This document shows positions 36,954 through 49,515 of a stretch of 64,000 nucleotides of DNA, piece after piece (position 1 is the stretch's first letter; each line of letters opens with the position of its first letter). The translations under genes and the position numbers were made by a program. The stretch is taken from contig JBAWVS010000002.1 in NCBI GenBank assembly GCA_037147175.1, forward strand, positions 15,104 through 79,103. The letters are read 5' to 3'. The notes under the pieces are model-generated. The model was given only the letters and a program-made list of their open reading frames with translations, did no database searches and had not been told where the DNA came from. This DNA comes from a bacterium. GTDB taxonomy: Bacteria > Cyanobacteriota > Vampirovibrionia > Gastranaerophilales > UBA9971.

Positions 36954-38603
36954 ATGACAATGGAAATAACTATAAGTGAATATCTTATCCAAAGTCTTCA
37001 AAAAGCGGGGATTGGACATATTTTTGGAATACCCGGTGATTATGTCATTAAATTCTTTGGCGAGCTTGAAAAAAGTTCGTTGGAAACCGTTGGAACATGT
37101 TCAGAGCAGGGTGCAGCTTTTGCAGCAGATGCGTATTCTCGTGTAAACGGGCTTGGTGCGCTATGTGTAACTTATTGTGTCGGAGGACTTAATACTGTAA
37201 ACGCCGTAGCAGGAGCTTATGCAGAAAAAGCCCCTTTAATAGTAATAAGCGGAGCTCCCGGAGTTAATGAAAGAAATAATGATTACCTTCTTCACCACTC
37301 AATAAAAGATTTTAATTCGCAGCTCAATATTTTTAAAGAAGTAACTGTTGCGCAATGCGTGTTAGATGATACTTATAGCGCTCCTTATGAAATAGACAGG
37401 GTTATAGCTGCATGTATAAAGCATAAAAGACCTGTATATATAGAATTTCCAAGAGATATGATTCATTCAAAATGTCTTATCCCTCCTCCAAAAAAAGAAA
37501 TAATTTCTTCAAAAAACAATGAAATTTTTAGCGAAGCGCTTAAAGAAGCGGTAAAAATGATTAAAGCTGCAAAAAAACCGGTTATTTTAGGCGGTGTCGA
37601 AATAAGAAGATATGGTCTTGAAAAAGAATTTCTAAAACTTCTTGAAAATACCGGTTATCCCTACGTAACAAATATTCTCGGAAAATCTGTTGTTGCTGAA
37701 TCGCATCCGCAGTTCCTCGGGGTTTATATGGGAAAAATGGCCGAACCTGAAGTAATAAAATATATGGAAGAAAGCGATTGCACAATTATTTTGGGTGCTT
37801 TGATGACTGATACTGATACAGGAACAGCCGAATTAAATATTTCCAAAACAATTTATGCTTCCGCGGATGAGTTTTTTATCAAACACCATTATTTTAAAGA
37901 TATAGATCTTGGAGAATTTATACAAAGACTTGCTCAAGAATTTAAGTCTGACAGAGAACAGAAAAAAGATTCATTTCTTCCTGAAATAACAAAAAACAAC
38001 AAACTTGATGAATATATTGCTCAATCTGAAACGCCTATGAAAATAAAAAGATTTTTTGATAGGTTAAATACTTTTATTCCTGAAGGAAGTCCTGTTATTT
38101 GCGATGTTGGCGATTGTTTATTCGGTTCTGCAACTCTAAAAATCCCAAAAGATTCTGTATATTTAGGTCCTGCTTTTTACACATCAATGGGTTATGCCAT
38201 ACCTGCAACTTTAGGTGTTTTGATAAAAAACCCTGATTTAAGACCTATAGTAATTGTCGGAGACGGGGCTTTTCAGATGACAGGTCATGAACTTTCGTGT
38301 TTTGCCCGTTATAACTTAAAACCAATAATTTTCGTACTTAATAATAATGGCTATACAACCCAAAGATTCTTAAAAGACGGTAAATACAATGATATTCAAA
38401 ATTGGAATTATCATTTATTCCCTCAAATAGTCGGGGCAGGTCTCGGGCTTGAAGTTAACACAGAAGAAGAGTTTGAAGATGCTTTGCAAAAAGCGGAAAA
38501 TAATACTGAAAGCTTTACTATAATTAACATTCACTTTGATAAATACGATAAATCCGATACTCTGTTCAGGCTTACCAGTATGCTGGGAAAAAACGTCGAA
38601 TAA
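36954..38603 (+). CDS. thiamine-diphosphate-dependent 2-keto-acid decarboxylase (indolepyruvate/pyruvate decarboxylase family)
   Basis: N-terminal GIPGDY...SEQGAAFAADAYSR, TPP-binding motif GDGAFQMT...NNNGYT, about 549 aa. Confidence 0.8.
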   Translation: MTMEITISEYLIQSLQKAGIGHIFGIPGDYVIKFFGELEKSSLETVGTCSEQGAAFAADAYSRVNGLGALCVTYCVGGLNTVNAVAGAYAEKAPLIVISGAPGVNERNNDYLLHHSIKDFNSQLNIFKEVTVAQCVLDDTYSAPYEIDRVIAACIKHKRPVYIEFPRDMIHSKCLIPPPKKEIISSKNNEIFSEALKEAVKMIKAAKKPVILGGVEIRRYGLEKEFLKLLENTGYPYVTNILGKSVVAESHPQFLGVYMGKMAEPEVIKYMEESDCTIILGALMTDTDTGTAELNISKTIYASADEFFIKHHYFKDIDLGEFIQRLAQEFKSDREQKKDSFLPEITKNNKLDEYIAQSETPMKIKRFFDRLNTFIPEGSPVICDVGDCLFGSATLKIPKDSVYLGPAFYTSMGYAIPATLGVLIKNPDLRPIVIVGDGAFQMTGHELSCFARYNLKPIIFVLNNNGYTTQRFLKDGKYNDIQNWNYHLFPQIVGAGLGLEVNTEEEFEDALQKAENNTESFTIINIHFDKYDKSDTLFRLTSMLGKNVE

Positions 38604-38701
38604 AAATTAAATAAACATTAAATTTGTCGTAGAACGTAAACTATTGAATTATACTTAAAAGTCAATTAAAACAACTTTAATAAAGCAAAGGAAGGTATAA
38701 A

Positions 38702-39085
38702 ATGACGGCTGAAAGATTTGATGTCTACAAATGCGATCATTGCGGAATAATTATTGAAGTACTTGGCGGAGGAGCAGGGACGCTTGTTTGCTGTAATACT
38801 CCTATGAGGCTTTTAAAAGAAAACGCAACCGATGCGGCTATCGAAAAACATGTTCCTATTATAGAAGTTATCCCCAATGGTGTTAAAGTGTCGGTTGGCA
38901 ACGTAGCCCATCCTATGTTAGAAGAACATTATGTAGAATGGATTGAAATAATTGCCGACGGTAAAATCTATCGACAGTATTTAAAACCACACGAAAAACC
39001 TGAAGCCGTATTTAACATACAGGCTGAAAATATTGTTATAAGAGAGTATTGCAACTTGCATGGTTTATGGAAGTTAGAAAAATAG
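38702..39085 (+). CDS. dfx: desulfoferrodoxin (2Fe superoxide reductase)
   Basis: Desulforedoxin-like N-domain YKCDHCGIIIEVLGGGAGTLVCCNTPM, then SOR-domain His ligands (EKHVP, HPMLEEHYVEWIE) and CNLHGLW. Confidence 0.88.
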   Translation: MTAERFDVYKCDHCGIIIEVLGGGAGTLVCCNTPMRLLKENATDAAIEKHVPIIEVIPNGVKVSVGNVAHPMLEEHYVEWIEIIADGKIYRQYLKPHEKPEAVFNIQAENIVIREYCNLHGLWKLEK

Positions 39086-39095
39086 GAGAAAAACA

Positions 39096-39605
39096 ATGCT
39101 TATATCAAGAATAGAAAAAGAATTAAACAAACAACTAAATAAAGAATTTTTCTCGGCGTATCTTTATATGTCAATGTCTGCTTATTTTCAGTCGGTTGAT
39201 TTGTTGGGTTTTGCAAACTGGATGAATATTCAGGCAAAAGAAGAAATGCTTCATGCCGAAAAATTTTATAATTTTATTCAAGAAAGAAACGGAAAAGTTG
39301 TTCTTGAGCAGATTGAAAAACCTCAGACAGATTGGGCTTCCCCTCTTGCTGCTTTTGAAAATTCTCTGGAACATGAACTTTTTATTACAGCTTCAATTAA
39401 TGAGCTCGTAGATGCGGCTCTTGAAGAAAAAGACCACGCCACAAACATCTTTTTACAATGGTTTGTAACAGAACAAATCGAGGAAGAGTCCAACTCAACT
39501 GAAATTATAAGAAAACTCAAACTCATGAAAGATGCGCCGGGTGGAATGTATATGCTTGATAAAGAACTTGCAGCAAGAACTCTTGTTTTACCGCCGACCG
39601 CGTAA
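39096..39605 (+). CDS. ftn: ferritin (non-haem)
   Basis: Four-helix ferroxidase residues in SAYLYMSMSAYF, EEMLHAEKF, EHELFIT and QWFVTEQIEEE. Confidence 0.85.
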   Translation: MLISRIEKELNKQLNKEFFSAYLYMSMSAYFQSVDLLGFANWMNIQAKEEMLHAEKFYNFIQERNGKVVLEQIEKPQTDWASPLAAFENSLEHELFITASINELVDAALEEKDHATNIFLQWFVTEQIEEESNSTEIIRKLKLMKDAPGGMYMLDKELAARTLVLPPTA

Positions 39606-39613
39606 TAAATAGT

Positions 39614-41170
39614 TTATTCCCACTCAATAGTGCCGGGGGGTTTTGATGTAATATCATAAACTACGCGGTTTATACCTTTTACTTCATTAATAATTCTGTT
39701 AGAAATTATTGAAAGAACTTCGTAAGGGACTTTTGACCAGTCTGCCGTCATCCCGTCTATGCTGTCAACAAATCTTACAGCGGCTGTGTTTTCGTAAGTT
39801 CTTTCGTCTCCCATGACTCCAACTGACTTTACAGGCAAAAGAACTACAAAAGCTTGCCAGATTTTGTTGTAAATGCCTGCTTTTTTTATTTCTTCAAGTG
39901 CGATAGCATCCGCTTTTCTTAAAATATTGAGTTTTTCTTTTGTAACATCTCCGAGAACTCTTATGCCTAAGCCCGGTCCGGGAAAAGGATGCCTGTAAAC
40001 TATTTCATCGGGCATATCAAGCTCTTTGCCGACAAGTCTTACTTCGTCTTTAAAAAGCTCTCTAAAAGGTTCGACAAGTGAAAGTTTCATTTTCTCGGGG
40101 AGTCCGCCAACATTATGGTGGCTTTTTATCGTTGCAGAAGGTCCTTTAAAAGAGACACTTTCTATTACATCAGGATAAAGAGTGCCTTGTGCAAGAAATT
40201 CGGCGTCTTTTATCTTTTTTGCTTCTTCTTCAAAGACTTCTATAAACTCATAGCCGATAATTTTTCTTTTTTTCTCAGGCTCTGAAACTCCTTTGAGTTT
40301 GTTTAGAAATCTTTCTTCAGCGTCTACATATATTAAATCTATTTGAAAGTTGTTTCTAAAGACTTTCTGTACTTTTTCAGCTTCATTTTCTCTTAAAAGC
40401 CCGTTATTTACAAAAATACATTTAAGCTGGCTTCCTATAGCTTTGTGTAAAAGAACAGCAGCTACCGAAGAATCTACGCCTCCGCTTAATCCGCAAATTA
40501 CTGTTTTGTTACCAACTTTTTGTCTTATTTCTTGAATCTGTGTTTCTATAAAGCTTTTCATATTCCAGTTAGAAGAACATTTACAGATAGAAAACAGAAA
40601 GTTGCCAAGAATTTTTTCGCCTTGATTTGTGTGGACAACTTCAGGATGGAACTGTACACCCCAAAAATTAAGCTCCGGATTCATTACCGCTGCATAAGGA
40701 CAGTTTTCTGTGGAGGCAATTGTAATAAAGCCTTCGGGAATTTCTGTAACTTTATCGCCGTGACTCATCCAAACATCAAGATTTTCAGAGGAATTAAATC
40801 CGTTAAAAAGCCCTGCATTTTTATTTATATTAATACTGGCTCTTCCGTATTCTCTTTCGTTGGAACATTCGACTTTTCCACCCAGCACATGAGACATAAG
40901 CTGCATTCCGTAACAAATTCCGAGAGCAGGAATTCCTAAATCAAATAACTCCTGTGAAACCATAGGAGAGTCTTTGTCATAAACACTTGAAGGACCGCCG
41001 GAAAGAATTATTCCTTTAGGGTTAAACTTTTTAATTTGCTCCATATCATAATTAAAAGGGTGAATTTCGCAATATACGCTGTGTTCTCTGATTCTTCTTG
41101 CGATTAGCTGCGTGTACTGCGAGCCGAAATCCAGTATTAAAATTTTATCTAAAGCTGTTGCAACAGTCAT
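39614..41170 (-). CDS. guaA: GMP synthase (glutamine-hydrolysing)
   Basis: GATase domain [11 protein letters not shown]-PPase motif [11 protein letters not shown]-terminal dimerisation domain ending PPGTIEWE. Confidence 0.97.
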   Translation of the reverse strand: MTVATALDKILILDFGSQYTQLIARRIREHSVYCEIHPFNYDMEQIKKFNPKGIILSGGPSSVYDKDSPMVSQELFDLGIPALGICYGMQLMSHVLGGKVECSNEREYGRASININKNAGLFNGFNSSENLDVWMSHGDKVTEIPEGFITIASTENCPYAAVMNPELNFWGVQFHPEVVHTNQGEKILGNFLFSICKCSSNWNMKSFIETQIQEIRQKVGNKTVICGLSGGVDSSVAAVLLHKAIGSQLKCIFVNNGLLRENEAEKVQKVFRNNFQIDLIYVDAEERFLNKLKGVSEPEKKRKIIGYEFIEVFEEEAKKIKDAEFLAQGTLYPDVIESVSFKGPSATIKSHHNVGGLPEKMKLSLVEPFRELFKDEVRLVGKELDMPDEIVYRHPFPGPGLGIRVLGDVTKEKLNILRKADAIALEEIKKAGIYNKIWQAFVVLLPVKSVGVMGDERTYENTAAVRFVDSIDGMTADWSKVPYEVLSIISNRIINEVKGINRVVYDITSKPPGTIEWE

Positions 41171-41219
41171 ATATTTATTTACTCCTTTAAGTATGTTTAT
41201 TCACAAATGAAATAGAGTA

Positions 41220-43066
<1,847 letters not shown>

Positions 43067-43352
43067 TGATTTAAGCTTTTATTTGTTTGGAAAAACCGTA
43101 AAAAAATATTGCTATTCTGACCGCTATAAAATTTATTTTATCAGGAATATTAAATAATTAGTAATCTAAAAAAATAGAAATATAAAATCTGCTTGCGGAA
43201 AAATGTCCTAAATCTCTTTGATTACGCAATTATTCTTGAAAAATATTAAAAATTTGTTGATAAAATTCGATCAAATAATTTTTATTAAAAAAATAGTCTG
43301 TTGTCCTCTAATAATGCTAAAATAAAACAGGAAAGACTTATTGAGGATTTAG

Positions 43353-45044
43353 ATTATTAAAGTTTTTGGCAAATTAACCGGTTTAAAAAAGCAGCAAATT
43401 GCTCGTCTTGAAAGATTATACAGAAAAAAAGTTCCTGTTAATCAGATAATTTCTTTTGAGCTGGCGGAATTGGTTGCAGAAATCAGCCATGAAATAAATA
43501 AAGAAATTGCGCTTTTAATCAACAGGCGCGGGCAAATTGTTAATATCAACGTTGGTGATCATAACAGCGTAGATATCGAAAAATTCAAAAACACAAGAGA
43601 AAGCCAGGCAAGGCTTTGCGGGTTAAGGTGCGTCCATACTCATCCGGGAGGGATTCAATTTCTAAGTAAGGCCGATTTAACTTCGCTTTCGTTATATAGA
43701 TTTGATGCAGTTGCCTGTATAGGAGTAGATTCTACAGGATTATACAGCAAAAGCAGGGGTGATACGGTAAAATTTGCTGATTCAATGCAGATAGCTTTTC
43801 TTACCTCAAAGCAGGAATCGTGGCGGGTACTTGAATCAACCACCGTCAGAAAGGCTTGTGAAGAAAATTTTATAGAACTTCTGGAAGAAATCGAAAGAGA
43901 ATTTGCATCGAATAAAGATGTAATAATTTTGGACAACAAAGAAAAAGCCATACTTGTCAGTTTGCAAACAGATAATTTTGGAGAAAATTCAGCGAAGGAA
44001 TCAGTTTCAGAACTTGAACAGCTTACAGATACAGCAGGAGCGGAAGTTATAGGCTTATTATCTCAAAAAAGGCATTCTCCTGATTCTTCTACTTATTTAG
44101 GAAGCGGTAAAGCACAAGATCTGGCGCTTATGGTTCAAGTAAAAGGTGCAAATATTGTAATAGTGGATGCAGAACTTTCTGCCCGCCAGCAAAAAAATCT
44201 TGAGGCTGTTTCCGGGGTAAAAACAATAGACAGAACAGAATTAATTCTTGATATTTTTGCTCAGAGGGCAAAAACAAAGGAAGGAAAGCTTCAGGTTGAG
44301 CTTGCACAGCTTAAATATCTTTATCCGCGTCTTGTGGGATCAGGCTTGTCTCTTAGCCGTCAGGGCGGAGGAGGAACTGGCGGCGGAATAGCCACAAGAG
44401 GTCCCGGTGAAACAAAGCTTGAAATTGACAGGCGAAGAATCAAAGATAGAATTAACGCGCTGGAAAGCGAAGTTGACGAAATAAAAAGCCATAGGGCTCA
44501 ACAGAGAAAACTTAGAGCATCAAACAACATCCCTGTTGTTGCAATTGTAGGATATACTAACACAGGAAAATCTACGCTCCTGAATGCACTGTCAAATTCT
44601 GATGTGCTTGCGGAAAACAAACTTTTTGCAACATTAGACCCTACAACAAGAAAAATAAAACTTCCTGAAATGTCTGATATTTTGTTGACAGACACAGTCG
44701 GATTTATTCAAAGGCTTCCTACTGCTCTGGTTAAAGCTTTTAGGGCAACTCTTGAAGAAGTTACTCAGGCTGATGTTATTTTGCATGTAATTGACCCGAT
44801 ACATCCTAATTGTGATGAGCATATTGGTACTGTTTATGATATTTTGAAGCAGCTTGATTCTGATAAAAAGCCTATCATTACTGTTATAAACAAGATTGAT
44901 GCTGTTGAAGATGAATATTTGCTTGAAAAATTTATGCATGAACTTCCAAATCCGGTTAAAATTTCTGCTCTTCAAAGGAAAAGATTTGGGGATTTGCTGG
45001 TTAAAATTGAAGAAGTCATAAAAACCAGAGAACCAGTAGCTTAA
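43353..45044 (+). CDS. hflX: GTPase HflX (probable ATT start)
   Basis: G-domain motifs GYTNTGKST, DTVGF and NKID, plus the HflX N-domain. The conserved N-terminal segment (GKLTGLKKQQIARLERLYRKKVP...) lies upstream of the TTG at 43470 used by the ORF track and contains no ATG, GTG or TTG after the in-frame TAG at 43350. SD GAGGA at 43343-43347. Confidence 0.8.
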   Translation: MIKVFGKLTGLKKQQIARLERLYRKKVPVNQIISFELAELVAEISHEINKEIALLINRRGQIVNINVGDHNSVDIEKFKNTRESQARLCGLRCVHTHPGGIQFLSKADLTSLSLYRFDAVACIGVDSTGLYSKSRGDTVKFADSMQIAFLTSKQESWRVLESTTVRKACEENFIELLEEIEREFASNKDVIILDNKEKAILVSLQTDNFGENSAKESVSELEQLTDTAGAEVIGLLSQKRHSPDSSTYLGSGKAQDLALMVQVKGANIVIVDAELSARQQKNLEAVSGVKTIDRTELILDIFAQRAKTKEGKLQVELAQLKYLYPRLVGSGLSLSRQGGGGTGGGIATRGPGETKLEIDRRRIKDRINALESEVDEIKSHRAQQRKLRASNNIPVVAIVGYTNTGKSTLLNALSNSDVLAENKLFATLDPTTRKIKLPEMSDILLTDTVGFIQRLPTALVKAFRATLEEVTQADVILHVIDPIHPNCDEHIGTVYDILKQLDSDKKPIITVINKIDAVEDEYLLEKFMHELPNPVKISALQRKRFGDLLVKIEEVIKTREPVA

Positions 45045-45120
45045 TAAATCTTTATTTTTCTTATTTTCTTGTTTATTATTAATTGAAATAAAGCATAAAT
45101 GATTTTTTTAGGAGTTGGTA

Positions 45121-45987
45121 ATGCGTATAATTTTTACAAGATTTTTAATTTTAATGTGTTTTTTATTATCTTTTTCCGCATCGGTTTTTGCAGAGCAGTT
45201 AAAGTTTGTGCAGGTAACGGATGTCCATTTGTCTTTAAACGGTTCGAATTATCAAGGCAGAGACCTTGAACATTCATTAAAAATTTTGCAAACCGCCATT
45301 GAGTCTATAAATAAACTTCAGGATATTAATTTCGTTGTATTTTCCGGGGACAATATAGATATTTCAAATGAAGATGATTTAGTAAAGTTTTTAGAAACGG
45401 TAAAAACCTTGAATAAACCTTACTATATTAGTGTTGGTGATCATGACATATTCAAATCAGGCGGTTTAACAAAAAGTGGATATATTGAAACAGTAAAAAA
45501 ATATAATAAAAACCAGAAAAGTAATGATACCTACTATTATTTTTCCCCGAATAAAGACTTTGTAGTTATAGTTATGGATGGAGTTTTAAGCGGAACGATC
45601 ACAAGTTCTCATGGCGGCTATTCGGAAGAAGCTATGGCATGGCTGGATGAAGTACTGACAAAAAATAACAACAAAAAGGCCATAATTGTACAGCACTTTC
45701 CTTTAATCGAGCCTTATGAAAGCAAAACCCACAGAGTCAGAAATCCTGAAGAATATTTTAATTTGTTATCTAATCATAAAAACGTAATTGCGTTAATTTC
45801 CGGTCATTATCATGGTGGCGATAAAGTTACTTTACAGGATGAAATTTATCATATAAGTTCGCCTGCACTGGTAAATTCTCCGGATAACAAATACAGAATT
45901 ATTGAAATAAATTATGATCATGATTCTTTATTTCAGGAAACCCCTAAATTCGACTTGAAAACCGATATCATTCTTCTCAAGCCATAA
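45121..45987 (+). CDS. secreted calcineurin-like metallophosphoesterase
   Basis: Signal peptide, then TDVHL, SGDNID, GDHD, QHFP and SGHYHG motifs. ATG 45121 with SD GGAG. Confidence 0.8.
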   Translation: MRIIFTRFLILMCFLLSFSASVFAEQLKFVQVTDVHLSLNGSNYQGRDLEHSLKILQTAIESINKLQDINFVVFSGDNIDISNEDDLVKFLETVKTLNKPYYISVGDHDIFKSGGLTKSGYIETVKKYNKNQKSNDTYYYFSPNKDFVVIVMDGVLSGTITSSHGGYSEEAMAWLDEVLTKNNNKKAIIVQHFPLIEPYESKTHRVRNPEEYFNLLSNHKNVIALISGHYHGGDKVTLQDEIYHISSPALVNSPDNKYRIIEINYDHDSLFQETPKFDLKTDIILLKP

Positions 45988-45991
45988 AAAC

Positions 45992-46141
45992 CTAATCAAA
46001 TAAATTAAAACTTATTTTAGAGTGCGGATTTCTTTCGAAAGATACAAAATTTTTTACATTTATTTGAAAAATAATTGCCAGATAAGTGTAAACTACAATA
46101 ATTGCTATTAAATAAAATTCTTTTTTAGTCAATTTCACCAC
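45992..46141 (-). CDS. possible small membrane protein
   Basis: GTG start preceded by GAGGA at 8 nt. One TM helix (FYLIAIIVVYTYLAIIF). Weak call; the longer 80-aa version in the ORF track lacks an SD. Confidence 0.25.
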   Translation of the reverse strand: MVKLTKKEFYLIAIIVVYTYLAIIFQINVKNFVSFERNPHSKISFNLFD

Positions 46142-46345
46142 CCGCCACTTCCTCTGTTTTTTGGGTTTTAAAAGAAAACAGCAAAGCTCTGCTCCAACCT
46201 TTATAGAGGAACAGAACTTTCTCTCATCCCTCACAATTTTACTTTTCTGTATGTAGGAAAGTTATGCTGTTTCGCGCCTTAACGTATATTATATTGGACA
46301 TTGTTTAAATTCATTACCTTGAAAGATAATAAATCAGTCTTGTAC

Positions 46346-46354
46346 TGGTATAAT
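46346..46354 (+). promoter_or_regulatory. extended -10 promoter element immediately upstream of tadA
   Basis: TGgTATAAT at 46346-46354. The ATG is at 46362, only 7 nt downstream, and no SD is present. Confidence 0.4.
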
Positions 46355-46361
46355 AATTTTT

Positions 46362-46814
46362 ATGAATGATTATGATATAAAATTTATGAAAACTGCGCTG
46401 CGAGAAGCCAAGAACTCTGACAAAGATGTTCCTGTCGGGGCTGTACTTGTTTTTAATGATGAAATTATTGCAAAAGCACATAACTGTAAGGAATTTCAAA
46501 ACGATGCCACTTTGCATGCAGAAATTATTGTCATAAAAGAAGCCTCTAAAAAAATCAAAAACTGGAGGCTGAATAATACTATTCTTTATGTTACTCTTGA
46601 ACCATGCCCGATGTGTGCGGCTGCAATTTTATACAGCAGGATTCCAAAAATTGTTTTTGGTGCGTACGATTCATTATATGGTGCTTTCGGGTCTACTATA
46701 AATATGTGCGATTTGATTAAATTTAATCCCGAGATAAGCGGTGGAATTCTTGAGGAAGATTGTTCAAATCTTCTTAAGGATTTTTTCAAGAATCAGAGAA
46801 ACTCAAAAGGCTAA
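46362..46814 (+). CDS. tadA: tRNA-specific adenosine deaminase
   Basis: Zinc-deaminase motifs HAE and PCPMC, 150 aa. Confidence 0.92.
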   Translation: MNDYDIKFMKTALREAKNSDKDVPVGAVLVFNDEIIAKAHNCKEFQNDATLHAEIIVIKEASKKIKNWRLNNTILYVTLEPCPMCAAAILYSRIPKIVFGAYDSLYGAFGSTINMCDLIKFNPEISGGILEEDCSNLLKDFFKNQRNSKG

Positions 46815-46817
46815 AAA

Positions 46818-47816
46818 ATGTTTCCATCTTATATAATTTTAAGACTCCTGATTATTCTATCTTCACTTATGATCTTTGGCACAGTGGGGTTTATGCTTAT
46901 AGAAAAATGGAGTTTTCTTGATTCATTGTTTATGAGCGTGGAAACTCTTGCTACCGTGGGTTATGGTATCGTAAAACCGCTTTCCGAAACAGGAAAAATC
47001 TTCACTATTATCTACATATTATTTGGAGTAATATTGTTTTTGTATATTGCTGCTGAATTTGCAAACACCGTCGTTAATGTTAATTTTCAAAAAATACTTG
47101 GCAGGAAAAAAATGGAAAGCAAACTTAAAAATCTTAAAAATCATTTAATTCTTTGCGGTTATGGAAGAACCGGATTAGAAATAGCCAGCCAGCTCAAAAA
47201 TAATAAACTTCCTTATGTCGTAATTGATAAAGATCACTCCATAGAAGAAATTGCGCTTGAGGAAGATTTTTTGTTCATTGCGGGAGATTCTACGGATGAT
47301 CATATTTTGCAAAGAGCAGGTATCGAGAGGGCAAATGGTGTATTTTGTGCCTTAAGCGATGATGTGGACAATCTTTATCTTACATTGTCAGCAAAAAACC
47401 TTAATCCTGATTTGAAAATAGTTGCCAGATGCATTAAAGCCGCAAACGAAAAAAAATTCAAAAAAGCGGGCGCTACAACGATAATACTTCCTTATGAAAT
47501 TAGCGGAAGAAGGATGGTTTCTTCAATTATAAAACCTGATGTGGTTGATTTTCTTGATGTTGTAATGCATAGTCAGGGCATAGACCTTGAGCTTAAGATG
47601 GAACAGTTTTCTGTGCCGGAAAATTGCTGTTTGGAAAACAAAACTATCTATTCATCAGAAATAAGACAAAAAAGCGGCGTTATCATTGTTGCAATAAAAA
47701 GAAACGGTAAATTCATTACAAATCCTGAATCGGATACTATCCTAAAAGCTCACGATTATTTAATAACTCTTGGAACAACTCAGCAATTGCAAAGTTTTGA
47801 AAAGTTTGTAAAATAA
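46818..47816 (+). CDS. potassium channel with TrkA-N/TrkA-C (RCK) cytoplasmic domain
   Basis: Selectivity filter TVGYG between two TM helices, Rossmann LILCGYGRTG, C-terminal TrkA-C-like domain. Confidence 0.85.
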   Translation: MFPSYIILRLLIILSSLMIFGTVGFMLIEKWSFLDSLFMSVETLATVGYGIVKPLSETGKIFTIIYILFGVILFLYIAAEFANTVVNVNFQKILGRKKMESKLKNLKNHLILCGYGRTGLEIASQLKNNKLPYVVIDKDHSIEEIALEEDFLFIAGDSTDDHILQRAGIERANGVFCALSDDVDNLYLTLSAKNLNPDLKIVARCIKAANEKKFKKAGATTIILPYEISGRRMVSSIIKPDVVDFLDVVMHSQGIDLELKMEQFSVPENCCLENKTIYSSEIRQKSGVIIVAIKRNGKFITNPESDTILKAHDYLITLGTTQQLQSFEKFVK

Positions 47817-47856
47817 GGAATATTTGATAAATATATTTTAGGGAGATGAGGCGTTT

Positions 47857-48879
47857 ATGAAGACAAAAATTATTTCAATTTCTATAATAACCCTTTGTTT
47901 TTTAAGTATTATTGTCGGAATTATAAATACTTCAGTAAAAACAAGGGAAGTTGAAAAAAAATCAGAGCAAAGATCTTCGAATTTTTTTAACAGTTTCTCT
48001 TCCGAAGGAAATAAAATAGCACTCATATCACTACAGGGACCTATTTCTGCCGATACATCAAGCAGTTTGATAGGCGAGCCCGATTCTGCGGAAGGGGCTT
48101 TAAAAGCTCTTGAAAGAGCTTCTGATGATGATTTCGTAAAGGGCGTAATCTTTAGAATAAATTCTCCCGGCGGAACAGTTGCGATGTCGCAGGAAATTTA
48201 TGAAACCATAATAAGACTCAGGGAGAAAAAACCTGTTGCTGTCTCAATGGCAGATGTTGCAGCAAGCGGAGGTTATTATATTGCCAGCGCTGCAGATAGA
48301 ATTTATGCTGATCCAGGCACTCTTACAGGAAGTATCGGTGTAATAATGGGGACTTTGAACGTACAGGAACTTATGACCCAAAAACTCGGAGTTAAATCTG
48401 TTGTTATAAAAAGCGGGAAATTTAAAGATACAGGCTCAATGTACAGACCAATGACCACAGAAGAGCAAAAACTTCTTCAAGATCTCGTGAATTCTGCTTA
48501 TCACCAGTTTTTAAATGCGATTATAGATGGCAGAGTGAAGAGAAAAGACAATTATAAAACAGAAAAAGTTGCTCTTAGTGAAGATATTTTAAAAAAATAT
48601 GCAGATGGACGAGTTTTGACGGGGGAACAGGCTAAAGATCTTGGCTTTGTTGATAATCTCGGGGGACTTTATAAAGTTAAAACAGATATACGCAAGATGG
48701 CAAAAAATAAATTCCCGTCAATAAATGAAGATATTCCGGTAACTTCTTATAATAAACCCACAGGTTTTGGCGAAATGTTATTTGGCGCGACAGAATCGAT
48801 TATGCCGCATAAAAATATCGAATCATATATGCCGCTTAGCTTAAGTTACCCTCGCCAGCCTTTATTTATGTGGGAGTAA
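47857..48879 (+). CDS. sppA: signal peptide peptidase SppA, 36K type
   Basis: TM anchor, INSPGGTV, ASGGYYIASAADRIYA, GSIGV, KSGKFKD. Confidence 0.88.
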   Translation: MKTKIISISIITLCFLSIIVGIINTSVKTREVEKKSEQRSSNFFNSFSSEGNKIALISLQGPISADTSSSLIGEPDSAEGALKALERASDDDFVKGVIFRINSPGGTVAMSQEIYETIIRLREKKPVAVSMADVAASGGYYIASAADRIYADPGTLTGSIGVIMGTLNVQELMTQKLGVKSVVIKSGKFKDTGSMYRPMTTEEQKLLQDLVNSAYHQFLNAIIDGRVKRKDNYKTEKVALSEDILKKYADGRVLTGEQAKDLGFVDNLGGLYKVKTDIRKMAKNKFPSINEDIPVTSYNKPTGFGEMLFGATESIMPHKNIESYMPLSLSYPRQPLFMWE

Positions 48880-48883
48880 CTAT

Positions 48884-49447
48884 ATGAATAAATTTATTGA
48901 TAATTTTTACGGAGTTTTGTTTCATCCCGCTGAAACTTTTAATGAATTAAAAGAAAATCCTCGCATGATTCAGGGGTTTATAATAGTTGTTGTTATAAGT
49001 ATTTTAAGCCCTGTTTTGAAATTTTCTATAAATTCAGGACAAAACCCTTTTCTGCAAGGATTTGAATTGATTAATGCTTCTTTTTGGGGGCTTTTAAGCT
49101 GGTTATTTTTTGCGTTATTCCTTGAAATAGTAGCAAGTATTTTTAAAAAAGGCGGTAAAACAAAGATTTTTTTGTGTTTATCCGCATTTGCTCTTATCCC
49201 GTGGCTGTTTTTAGCTCCTGCCTGTTTGTTTAAAACTGGAGGACTTTTATTTAAAGCTGTTGGGATTCTTATAGGTCTTGCGTGCTGGTTGTGGAGTACT
49301 GTTCTTATGGCTTTTGCGATTATGAAAACTTATGAAATATCTCCTCAAAGGGTTATTACTTTTATTCTTATTCCTTTTCTGGGTGGAATTTTAGGATTTT
49401 ACTGGTTTTTCGGATTTTTCTCAACTTTAATTCAAATAATTCAATAA
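48884..49447 (+). CDS. Yip1-domain membrane protein
   Basis: FYGVLFHPAETFNELKENP N-terminus followed by five hydrophobic helices, a typical Yip1/YIF layout. Confidence 0.6.
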   Translation: MNKFIDNFYGVLFHPAETFNELKENPRMIQGFIIVVVISILSPVLKFSINSGQNPFLQGFELINASFWGLLSWLFFALFLEIVASIFKKGGKTKIFLCLSAFALIPWLFLAPACLFKTGGLLFKAVGILIGLACWLWSTVLMAFAIMKTYEISPQRVITFILIPFLGGILGFYWFFGFFSTLIQIIQ

Positions 49448-49515
49448 ATTTTGACAGTTTGTTTTATAATTCAGATAAAGACTGAAACAGGGTAAAAGTT
49501 GAGAGAAAAAAGCTT

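Noticed and set aside
43350-43352. TAG read-through or recoding that would join the tiny TTG-AGG-ATT ORF to hflX.
   Set aside because: TAG is used as an ordinary stop by several confident genes in this window (for example rpoD, pilT and the 255-aa gene). An ATT start with a well-spaced SD is the simpler explanation.
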